From Gammaproteobacteria bacterium (GTDB lineage Bacteria > Pseudomonadota > Gammaproteobacteria > JAJDYQ01): a DNA stretch of 64,000 nucleotides. The position numbers were made by a program, and so were the translations under genes. Below the pieces are notes generated by a model. The model saw only the letters and a program-made list of their open reading frames with translations. It was not told the DNA's origin and made no database searches. The DNA is taken from contig OY759969.1 in NCBI GenBank assembly GCA_963662865.1, forward strand, positions 2,287,742 to 2,351,741, in the 5' to 3' direction. Below are positions 20,407-28,758 of this stretch, one piece after another. How positions within the stretch are numbered: position 1 is the first letter of the stretch; every line of letters starts with the position of its first letter.

Positions 20407-21013
20407 AATAAGGCAGGGGCTGCCCAAGCCACTGTTCGATTTTCTCCCTGGCCTCATTCAACCCGCGCCTGTCTGCGGCTGAAAACAACTGCATACTGAT
20501 ATTGGTGTCTGTTTTCGCCAGCCGGGAACGAACACTGCACAGCGTTGCGCTTGCCGGGCCATGCCTTAATTTATCGCTTTTAGTCAGCAAACAGTGGATC
20601 GGTATCCCGATATCCGAGACCCAGTTGATCAGTTGCAGATCCAGATCTTTCAGTGGATGTCGAACATCCATTATCACCAGCAGCCCCACCAGACCGGCAC
20701 GGGTTTCAAAATACGCTCCGAGCGTCTGATCCCAATGCTGGCGCAACTTTGGCGGCACCCTGGCATAGCCATACCCCGGTAAATCCACCAGATAGCGTCG
20801 TTCGGCCAGCTCAAAATAATTAATCTGTCGGGTTCGTCCCGGTTGCTTGCCGGTCCTTGCCAGACCACCAATTCCGGTAATCACGTTTAAGGCGCTGGAT
20901 TTGCCGGCGTTAGAACGCCCGGCAATTGCGACCTCCAGGCCAGTATCCGGCAGGCACTGGTCGAGACTGTGCGCACCCCGGATAAAGCGGGCTTGTGAGA
21001 AATTGATCGGCAT
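20405..21013 (-). CDS. engB: ribosome biogenesis GTP-binding protein YihA/EngB
   Basis: EVAIAGRSNAGKSSALN, DLPGYGYA and LLTKSDKL. Confidence 0.9.
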   Translation of the reverse strand: MPINFSQARFIRGAHSLDQCLPDTGLEVAIAGRSNAGKSSALNVITGIGGLARTGKQPGRTRQINYFELAERRYLVDLPGYGYARVPPKLRQHWDQTLGAYFETRAGLVGLLVIMDVRHPLKDLDLQLINWVSDIGIPIHCLLTKSDKLRHGPASATLCSVRSRLAKTDTNISMQLFSAADRRGLNEAREKIEQWLGQPLPY

Positions 21014-21198
21014 AAAGCTTTATTATTTTTTGGAGAACCCTTGCTTAAATCGGGTCTCCCCTGAGACGGTATCCGGACTGTCTGCCACTGTCAACGCAAT
21101 GTCCAGATTCAGTCCCTGAAGCGCCCATACATGCCCTTGCCTGGGTGCCGCAAAATCCGTACTCTATGCGATCTGTCTTTATGCAGGAGTGACGAATT

Positions 21199-21849
21199 AT
21201 GGATGCCGAGCTGGCCCGTTTTAACATGGTGGAGCAGCAAATCCGAACCTGGGACGTGCTGGATGACCGTGTGCTGAACCTTGTCAGCCGCGTGCAGCGC
21301 GAGCGCTATGTGCCTGAAAAATACCAGGAACTTGCCTTCGCAGACATGCGGCTCCCTCTCAGCCCCGAAGCCAGCATGATGGAACCCAAACTCGAAGCCC
21401 GCATCCTGCAGTCGCTGGATATCCGAGAGGATAGTCGAGTGCTTGAAATTGGCACCGGCAGTGGCTATCTGACCGCCTGTCTGGCCGAACTGGCCGATTC
21501 GGTCGTCAGCTATGAAATTGATAAGAGCCTACACAGGCGGGCAGGCTACAATCTGGCGGACGACGGCTATGAGAATCTATCCCTTCGCATTGGTGACGCC
21601 ATGAATCTGCAATTAAATGAGCAATTCGACATCATTGTGCTCACCGGCTCATTACCGATCATGGACAAACGCTTTCATGGCCTGCTCAAAATCGATGGCA
21701 GGATGTTTATGATTGTCGGGGAAGAGCCGGCCATGGAGGCTCTGTTGATTACTCGCGTCGGCAAAAAGGAGTGGTCCCGGGAAAGCCTGTTTGAGACAGA
21801 GCTTGCCCCTCTGATAAATGCCAGGGCACCGTCGTCTTTCAAACTTTAG
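21199..21849 (+). CDS. protein-L-isoaspartate O-methyltransferase-family protein
   Basis: VLEIGTGSGYLTACLAELA SAM-binding motif in a PIMT-like layout. Confidence 0.65.
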   Translation: MDAELARFNMVEQQIRTWDVLDDRVLNLVSRVQRERYVPEKYQELAFADMRLPLSPEASMMEPKLEARILQSLDIREDSRVLEIGTGSGYLTACLAELADSVVSYEIDKSLHRRAGYNLADDGYENLSLRIGDAMNLQLNEQFDIIVLTGSLPIMDKRFHGLLKIDGRMFMIVGEEPAMEALLITRVGKKEWSRESLFETELAPLINARAPSSFKL

Positions 21850-22009
21850 CAGGCCGTTGAAATTCGCTCAGGCGAGTGCGAGACAAGACAAAAATGGCCG
21901 AAAAGCGCAGTTTACACAGAGTCAATGAGCATTTTGAGGTCATTTTTAACGCCATATCGTACCGCGGTAGAATTTCAATCACCTGTTAGGCACCCGGGCG
22001 GATAGCAGC

Positions 22010-22324
22010 ATGCACCACTTTACAGCGTCTGAGCTGGCGGCTTATCTGGAAACTAATAAGCCACTATTGCTGGATGTGCGAGAGCCGTGGGAATACCGGC
22101 TTTGTCATATTGATGGTTCGCGGCACGTCCCCATGCGACATATCCCGGAAATAATGGATCAACTGCCCACGGACGGGGATATTATTGTCATCTGTCACCA
22201 CGGTATACGCTCACAAGCGGTATGTAACTACCTGGAGCAACAGGGGATTCGCAATACCATTAACCTTACTGGCGGAGTGGACGCCTGGGCCAGACAGGTC
22301 GATACCTCAATGCAAACTTACTGA
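22010..22324 (+). CDS. rhodanese-domain sulfurtransferase
   Basis: 104 aa. The active-site loop is CHHGIRS. Confidence 0.8.
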   Translation: MHHFTASELAAYLETNKPLLLDVREPWEYRLCHIDGSRHVPMRHIPEIMDQLPTDGDIIVICHHGIRSQAVCNYLEQQGIRNTINLTGGVDAWARQVDTSMQTY

Positions 22325-22389
22325 CTCGAATGATTGTAGGTTTTAAACTGGTAAGCATAATAACCAAACTGAACAACCCGGGAAATATC

Positions 22390-23715
22390 ATGCCATCCTT
22401 AAGATTCGTATTAGTCGCTGCTTTACTCTTTGCTTCGAGCGTCCTGCACGCCCGCAACAACCTGCTGGATATCTATCGGGTTGCCCAGCAATCCGACCCC
22501 GTGTGGTTGGCGCAGGTCGCGGCAAACATGGCGGCTCAGGAGGCCATCGTACAGAGTTCTGCCAACTTCCGCCCGAATATCCGTTTTTCGGCCGACACAA
22601 CCAGCAATTTCAATAACTCTCAATCATTCAATCCGTCGATTGCTGATCGTCGTGAAAAATATAATTCCAATAGCTGGACATTGAGCCTCACTCAACCGAT
22701 TTTCCGAATGTCAAATTACGCGCAGCATCGTCTGGCGAAGGCAAGCGTACAGCGGGCAAATGCGGAATTGACTGCATCCGCGCAGGACCTCATGCTGCGC
22801 GTTGCCCGGGCCTACTTCGACATCCTGACCGCAGAGTCCGAGTTGACAGCGGCGCAAGCGGAAAAAAAGGCGATTGAGCGCCAACTGGACCAGGCCCAGA
22901 GGCGTTTTGAGGTCGGGATGGTTGCGATTACAGACGTGCATGAAGCTCAGGCCAGTTTTGACCTGGCAGTGGCCAATGAACTGGCGGCACAGAATCAACT
23001 GTTACTGGCAAAAGAGTCACTCAGCGAAATAACCGGAGACACCTACGACTCGCTTAAGCCGTTAAAGGACCGGATCAGGCTGGCCTCGCCGGAGCCCGAT
23101 AATATCGATGAATGGGTAAAACGCGCCCTGGAAAACAACCATACACTTGAGGCCGACAAAGCCGCCGTAGAAGTTGCCCGGCAGAATATCGAAGCACAGA
23201 AAGCAGGCCATTATCCGACCCTGGATCTGGTCGCTACGGGCCAGAACAATACCAGCCACGGCGGCAATTTCGGTAGCGATGCAGACAGAGAAATGCTCGG
23301 CCTGCAACTTACATTGCCTGTCTATTCAGGCGGCTTAACCGCATCCAGAGTGCGGCAGGCCATAGCCGAACTACAACAGGCACAAGAGGGATTGACCCGA
23401 ACCCGGCGCGCTACTGAAAGACAGGCCCGCGACGCCTATCTGAGGGTTATTAGTGCCATCAGTAGAATACAGGCCTTGCGTCAGGTCATGGTCTCTTCCC
23501 AAAGCGCCCTGGATGCGACGCAAGCCGGTTTTGAAGTTGGCACCCGTACTATTGTCGATATACTCAATGCGCAACGCACGCGATACAGCTCCGTTTCTGA
23601 CTTTCAGCAGGCGCGCCACAACTATATCATCAACAGCCTGGAACTAAAGCAGGCATCCGGGTCCTTATCTGAAGAAGATATCAGCCGTGTGGATCAAATG
23701 CTAAAGGCTAATTAA
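22390..23715 (+). CDS. tolC: TolC-family outer-membrane efflux protein
   Basis: Signal peptide MPSLRFVLVAALLFASSVLHA. Two repeats of the TolC architecture. Start moved to the ATG at 22390, which has a GGAAAT RBS. Confidence 0.85.
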   Translation: MPSLRFVLVAALLFASSVLHARNNLLDIYRVAQQSDPVWLAQVAANMAAQEAIVQSSANFRPNIRFSADTTSNFNNSQSFNPSIADRREKYNSNSWTLSLTQPIFRMSNYAQHRLAKASVQRANAELTASAQDLMLRVARAYFDILTAESELTAAQAEKKAIERQLDQAQRRFEVGMVAITDVHEAQASFDLAVANELAAQNQLLLAKESLSEITGDTYDSLKPLKDRIRLASPEPDNIDEWVKRALENNHTLEADKAAVEVARQNIEAQKAGHYPTLDLVATGQNNTSHGGNFGSDADREMLGLQLTLPVYSGGLTASRVRQAIAELQQAQEGLTRTRRATERQARDAYLRVISAISRIQALRQVMVSSQSALDATQAGFEVGTRTIVDILNAQRTRYSSVSDFQQARHNYIINSLELKQASGSLSEEDISRVDQMLKAN

Positions 23716-23839
23716 GCGAAACTGTAAATTTTCATGTTCCAATGAGATTGTGGCAGGCCCGTAATTTCCGCAAGACCGGCGTCAGGATCAAACCAGAATC
23801 TGCATAAGCCATTTTGTCAGATGGACCTGACTGACGCAG

Positions 23840-23866
23840 AATTTTGAATGCCATCCATCGGGCATT
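23840..23866 (+). terminator. rho-independent terminator after tolC
   Basis: ATGCC-ATCCATCG-GGCAT followed by TTTATT. Confidence 0.5.
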
Positions 23867-26623
23867 TTATTCCGTAAGGATGTCTTTTATGTCCGATGCT
23901 TTTTTTGAAACCGCAAACTTCCATTTGCCGAATCTGCCGTTTTCGTTGACGGCTTTAATCCATTCTTTCATGTATGCGTGTTTTGTATCGTCTTTTTCTT
24001 TTTGCTGGCCCTTGGTTTCCAGCACAAGCAATTCTCCCGATTTCATCCGCACAAGAAAATCGGGGCGGTATTTTTTCACAATGCCATTGTAGATATATAA
24101 AACCTCAAAACCGAGATGGTCATTTTTAACCCACGCCTCAACCGCTTTATTTCTATCAAGCTCGAAAGATTCTGATGCTTCCCAGGTGCTGTCATAAACA
24201 CAGTAATTGATATGGCTTCTTTTCGCGGCTTTGCAGGGTTTGCCGGTCCGCCATGGGCGCATGTCGCCGGTTGATCGAATCGGATGGTTGTCATCAAGCA
24301 CAAGAGCGGTTTTCTCTGTATTGTTAAATTCTATTGCCTGCCAGAAATGACGAATGATCTTTGACATATTGAGCGTTATCACAAGATGTCTTCTCTTTAC
24401 ATCCTGATTAAAGAGAGCGGGCATTATCTGTATGCGGTCTGAATCCAGAAACTGTTCCGCAAGACGCACAAGTTCTGCCATCAATAGCGGCGCAGATGCC
24501 GGCCATTCAGGTTTCATTTCCTGCCAGACGATTTGTGCCGCCTTGAATACAAGGGTTTGTTTGCGGAATTTTTTCGCCAGCTTTTCAATATCAATGTCTT
24601 CAATTTGGGAAACGTCAGGCTTGTTATTTACCGTGGGCGCGATCTCCGCTATTTCAACGGTTGTTGAAGTATCCAGTTCCAGTTTTTTTATTTTTTTCCA
24701 ATCAATGGCAAGTTCGGGCCTGTAAGTTCTGTCTATGCGGATGACATTGGGCCACGAAATGGCAAACTGTCTCTTTTCATCCACAGGCCGAATGATCGTT
24801 TTCGGCGGCGGAGGCGGTGGAGGTTTATCCATGTCTTCGTGTGGCAGAAAGCTGAACGGCACACCGAAAACATTGACATATTCGGCATCAAATAATCCCG
24901 TGTCTTCATTGATTTCATAAGAAGCACGGCGTAGCCCACGCCCGATAATCTGCTCACATAACAATTGACTTGTGAATGCCCGCAGCCCCATAATCTGCGT
25001 CACTGTCCTTGCATCCCAGCCTTCGGACAACATTCCAACGGATATAACATTCTGTACTTGATCACCAGGTTTCCCTTCCTGCCCGACCGTGTTCACTTTT
25101 TCACGCAGAATTTCAGCCTGTTCTTTTTTCGTTGCTTTGCGACTACCTTCCCTGCCTGCTTTTGTTGTGCCCGGTTCCGGCTCTTTTTCCTCGGCTTTTT
25201 TCAGCACTTCCGAGTCGATATGCAAAATCCCATTGGGAGCGCATAACTCATGAATGCTAATGTCCTTATTGTCAAAGGCATACTTGATTCTGGCTGCTGT
25301 TTCCGTGCGGTTTGCGACCGTAATCATCACCGGCGGCGTTTTCGCCCCTTGTCCCTCCCATATTTCTTTTGTTTTTAACCAATCGTAACCGAGCAGGAGA
25401 TAGGCGTTTCTTACAAGGTCGGGAGGCGGTTCATGCGGTTCAGCCTTTCTGTTCAGGTCATCTTTGACTTCCTCTTCGTTGTAGATGTGATACAGGCGGG
25501 ATTTATGGGTACTGGCATTTGGCAGAGCGTCATCACGCACAACAACACGGGGTGTTTTGACAAGCCCTGATTCTATGGCGTCACTGAGTCCGAAATCGCT
25601 GACAATCCAGGGGAACAACATCTCTTCCGATGTCTTCTTGCCGCTTGGTGCAAATGGCGTAGCAGAAAAATCAAAGCAATTCAAAATCCCCCTGGTTTTG
25701 TGTATGCGGTCAAGGCCACCAACCCATTTTGTGGCCTCGTCTATTTCCTCTTTCCTGACACCTGCTATTTTTGACTGTGCCGGAACACGCCAGGCATGAT
25801 GGGCCTCATCGTTAATCACAATCAGATTTCTGGCATTGGCCATATCACCGAGAACTTCGCGGGTATATGCCTCATCGCTTTTCGCGCCGCGTTTATCCAC
25901 CCCTTTCTTCTTTTTGATTTTTTCCTCACTTTCCCAGTTCAGGGTATGCCAGTTTCTTATGAGAACCTTTGCCTGTCTCAGCTTTTCGAGCAGGGACAAC
26001 GGCACAATACCGAACTCATCGTAATAGTTCTGCCTGTTTGATGGCATCAAAACAGAAAGACGCTCCCTGACGGTCAGATTAGGCGCGACAATAAAAACAT
26101 TTTGTGAAAACCGCCTGTCTTGAGGGTAAGTGGCGCGATTGATGGCCTGCCACGCAATCAGCATGGCCATGACAACGGTCTTCCCTGTACCAGTGGCGAG
26201 CTTGGAGCACAAACGGCTCAGTTCTCTGTCCTTTGCAATTTCAATTCCGGTCTTTTCCGAGTCGGGAGTTTCAATAAACCATATCAGCGTTTCAATCGCT
26301 TCCATCTGGCAGAAGAAAAACGGGAAATCTCTTTGCTCGTTGTCCCTCCAGTGTTCAAGCAGGGCTTTGGTAATACCCGTAATTCCGGGGCAGCCCGCTT
26401 TGCACCAGGAGTCAACACGTTTACGGATTTGGTTGACGGTCGGCAGGGGAACAAAAATGCCCTTGTCCTGATGCGGTTTTGCCTTCGGGTCGGCAACCAT
26501 ATAACCCGCTTCACGACGACCCTCCACACGCTCAAGCGGGGCGTCTTCCTCGACGAACTTCCAGTGCTTGGAAGGTGCAGAGCAGGGGGAGTTGATTATG
26601 AGTGATGAGGATTTTTCAGGCAT
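23867..26623 (-). CDS. res: Type III restriction endonuclease subunit (Res): SF2 helicase plus C-terminal PD-(D/E)xK nuclease
   Basis: Helicase motif I LATGTGKTVVMA and motif II VINDEAHHAW. C-terminal endonuclease motif YRPDFLVRMKSGELLVLETKG. 918 aa. Confidence 0.85.
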   Translation of the reverse strand: MPEKSSSLIINSPCSAPSKHWKFVEEDAPLERVEGRREAGYMVADPKAKPHQDKGIFVPLPTVNQIRKRVDSWCKAGCPGITGITKALLEHWRDNEQRDFPFFFCQMEAIETLIWFIETPDSEKTGIEIAKDRELSRLCSKLATGTGKTVVMAMLIAWQAINRATYPQDRRFSQNVFIVAPNLTVRERLSVLMPSNRQNYYDEFGIVPLSLLEKLRQAKVLIRNWHTLNWESEEKIKKKKGVDKRGAKSDEAYTREVLGDMANARNLIVINDEAHHAWRVPAQSKIAGVRKEEIDEATKWVGGLDRIHKTRGILNCFDFSATPFAPSGKKTSEEMLFPWIVSDFGLSDAIESGLVKTPRVVVRDDALPNASTHKSRLYHIYNEEEVKDDLNRKAEPHEPPPDLVRNAYLLLGYDWLKTKEIWEGQGAKTPPVMITVANRTETAARIKYAFDNKDISIHELCAPNGILHIDSEVLKKAEEKEPEPGTTKAGREGSRKATKKEQAEILREKVNTVGQEGKPGDQVQNVISVGMLSEGWDARTVTQIMGLRAFTSQLLCEQIIGRGLRRASYEINEDTGLFDAEYVNVFGVPFSFLPHEDMDKPPPPPPPKTIIRPVDEKRQFAISWPNVIRIDRTYRPELAIDWKKIKKLELDTSTTVEIAEIAPTVNNKPDVSQIEDIDIEKLAKKFRKQTLVFKAAQIVWQEMKPEWPASAPLLMAELVRLAEQFLDSDRIQIMPALFNQDVKRRHLVITLNMSKIIRHFWQAIEFNNTEKTALVLDDNHPIRSTGDMRPWRTGKPCKAAKRSHINYCVYDSTWEASESFELDRNKAVEAWVKNDHLGFEVLYIYNGIVKKYRPDFLVRMKSGELLVLETKGQQKEKDDTKHAYMKEWIKAVNENGRFGKWKFAVSKKASDIKDILTE

Positions 26624-26649
26624 TGAGTTAGCGTGTATTTTGAATGCTT

Positions 26650-27444
26650 CTAATGAAGATACGACTCTATGTTTTGCTCAATGGGCTTCCTTGAATCTAT
26701 TGAACTGACTTGTGAGCCTGCAATATTTGCATCTATCAATCTACTTAAATGTTTGGATGGAATTTCTTCCTGGTTTTCAAAAATAAGCAGCGTAGATTTT
26801 TGTATCTCGTGAATAAAAAAATGTTGCAAGGTTATGGTAACTAACTTTGCTTTGTCCTGATTCGGAATTCCAAACAGAAAAAGAGGGATTCCTTCTTCTT
26901 TTTTCAGATAATAATCAATGATGTAATTCTCAGAGTTGTCTAAATCAGGCACCTGATAATCCTGCTCTAATTTAATATCAGGCTTATCGCTGATGATCTG
27001 TTCCAATAGCTCCTTTAAGTCTCTGTAAAAAGTGGATGAAAATCGATCTCTGTTCAGATAAGACAAGTCATAAACCTGATTCAGTGCCTGGCTTAAGCGA
27101 AAGATGCCTTGAGAGATTTGTTCAACTGAAACATCCACATAAAAATTGCCATTGTCCTCGTTGATTTGATTTTCAGCGAGTATCTGGTTCATCAATTTCC
27201 CTTTGTTACCTTTGAAGTACCCATCAACATTTGGAGTGTAGTAGCTCAATCTCATCATGGTATCTGCCCCATCGCTAATACGTACTTTGCCAACGTCAGT
27301 TTCCTGTAAATAGATAGAGTAATGGTCGCCATCCGGATATGAGAATGGGTTTGAGATCATTTTCTTTCCATTCTGACGCTCTATCAGTTTGATGTCGGTA
27401 CATAATTGACGGCAGAGTTCTTTCTGTAATTGATCTTTATTCAT
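26650..27444 (-). CDS. hypothetical protein (tentatively DUF1828/DUF1829-like), embedded between mod and res
   Basis: 264 aa, AT-rich. Overlaps the upstream ORF by 4 nt, so likely translationally coupled. The DUF assignment is from memory of FSYPDGDHYSIYL-type N-terminal domains and is unverified. Confidence 0.45.
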   Translation of the reverse strand: MNKDQLQKELCRQLCTDIKLIERQNGKKMISNPFSYPDGDHYSIYLQETDVGKVRISDGADTMMRLSYYTPNVDGYFKGNKGKLMNQILAENQINEDNGNFYVDVSVEQISQGIFRLSQALNQVYDLSYLNRDRFSSTFYRDLKELLEQIISDKPDIKLEQDYQVPDLDNSENYIIDYYLKKEEGIPLFLFGIPNQDKAKLVTITLQHFFIHEIQKSTLLIFENQEEIPSKHLSRLIDANIAGSQVSSIDSRKPIEQNIESYLH

Positions 27445-27920
27445 GCTAAAAAACCCTCAAAGAGATTCTGTTGTGGAGAATTCGAATGTATGCTGTAGTC
27501 TTCACATAAGCATTTGAATGCGCCATCCAGGTTTTCATACCTTTTGGTTGTTTGCGTGTCTTCATGCTCTGGGCTTCTATCGCCTCTATTGATACTTTCA
27601 GGAGTGGCATGATGGATGTGGCATTCATGGCTCGCCACATTGTTTTCATGGTTAGAACCGTTATAGCGGGAAAGCATGATGTTCTTACCGTCTTTTTCAA
27701 CAAGACGAATGCCACAAGAGAAATTCTCCATATTTGATTCATTTTGTCGGGCAAAAACCTTTATAGATAAATCAGACAAGTGATCAGGCTTATCGACACC
27801 GTCAAACTGAACATCAAAATTCCATTGCTGACTTCCTCTTTGGCTGGATTTTTGCTCCTCTTCTATGGTTTTGGGAATTTCTCTAATTGATTTCAATATT
27901 TCCTCTGAAATTTCCATCAC
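27441..27920 (-). CDS. hypothetical His/Cys-rich protein (HECHIHH motif), embedded between mod and res
   Basis: 159 aa. SRYNGSNHENNVASHECHIHHATPE is a possible metal site. The ORF starts immediately after the remnant ORF stop. Confidence 0.45.
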   Translation of the reverse strand: MMEISEEILKSIREIPKTIEEEQKSSQRGSQQWNFDVQFDGVDKPDHLSDLSIKVFARQNESNMENFSCGIRLVEKDGKNIMLSRYNGSNHENNVASHECHIHHATPESINRGDRSPEHEDTQTTKRYENLDGAFKCLCEDYSIHSNSPQQNLFEGFLA

Positions 27921-28192
27921 TCCACCTCTACAATCTCCATCACCTTCAAACTCTCAATCCTTCGATCATCCATGGTTCGAATGGTTTCAATTGCCTCACT
28001 CCGGCGGAAAAAGAATGGGAAATTCCTTTGTTCATCGTCCTGATGCAGTTTTGCCTTCGGGTCGGCAACCATATAACCCGCTTCACGACAGCCTTTCACA
28101 CGCTCAAACGAGGCGTCTTCCTCGATGAACTTCCAGTGTTTGGAAGGTGCGGCGTAGAGGGAGTTGATTATGAGAGATTTTAGGGCTAACAT
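27917..28192 (-). pseudogene. chimeric remnant: res 5' end (with an internal deletion) fused to a mod-3'-end-like sequence
   Basis: The 91-aa ORF MLALKSLIINSLYAAPSKHWKFIEEDASFERVKGCREAGYMVADPKAKLHQD|DEQRNFPFFFRRSEAIET|IRTMDDRRIESLKVMEIVEVE aligns to Res aa 8-52, then Res aa 93-112. Its tail resembles the Mod C-terminus VKIVDDRGIESLKVINVIQRK. The DNA at 28000..28192 is roughly 85-90% identical to 26318..26623. Confidence 0.8.
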
Positions 28193-28758
28193 TTTAAATC
28201 GCTGAAGGAAATTTTTTCCAAAGAGTGGATAACTTTGAAGTTCTTACCTCTGTACCAGCACTCGCCTATCGGCTGAGGTATTATTCGTTGCTTATTCAGT
28301 CTTTCTCCTTTTTCCCCTTCTTTCTCTGCAAGAACAACAAAGTGTTTTTTAATTTCAAGTTTAATATCAAAATGAGCCCACATCATTGAGACCAGATATT
28401 CCCAAACAGGAATAGTAAAAAGTATTTGTTTGCATGCTTCTCTAGGAATGCCATTTTTATCGGGAGACAAAGTTTCTTTTATCTCTAGAAAATAAATATC
28501 CATACCATTTTCATTCTGCGGCACTATAACCAGAAAATCACAAGATTTCTTGTAATCTTTTTGAATCTTTATTATCCTCGAGTGGGCTTTTCCTCCTGCC
28601 GGAATAGAAAGTTTAAGCCCATTATCAGGTGATTCAATTATTGTAAATCTAACTCGATTTCCTTCTTTCAACTCAAAACAGTTATTTTTTATAATTTTAC
28701 ATTGAATTTTTAGAAGTCTTTGTATTGCCTCCATGGGGTCAGTCATCTTTTGAATCAT
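28186..28758 (-). CDS. small PD-(D/E)xK-type nuclease-like protein
   Basis: 190 aa. SCDFLVIVPQNENGMDIYFLEIKET has the D...E-x-K spacing and resembles the Res endonuclease motif RPDFLV...LVLETKG. AT-rich. Overlaps the upstream ATPase gene end. Confidence 0.5.
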   Translation of the reverse strand: MIQKMTDPMEAIQRLLKIQCKIIKNNCFELKEGNRVRFTIIESPDNGLKLSIPAGGKAHSRIIKIQKDYKKSCDFLVIVPQNENGMDIYFLEIKETLSPDKNGIPREACKQILFTIPVWEYLVSMMWAHFDIKLEIKKHFVVLAEKEGEKGERLNKQRIIPQPIGECWYRGKNFKVIHSLEKISFSDLKC

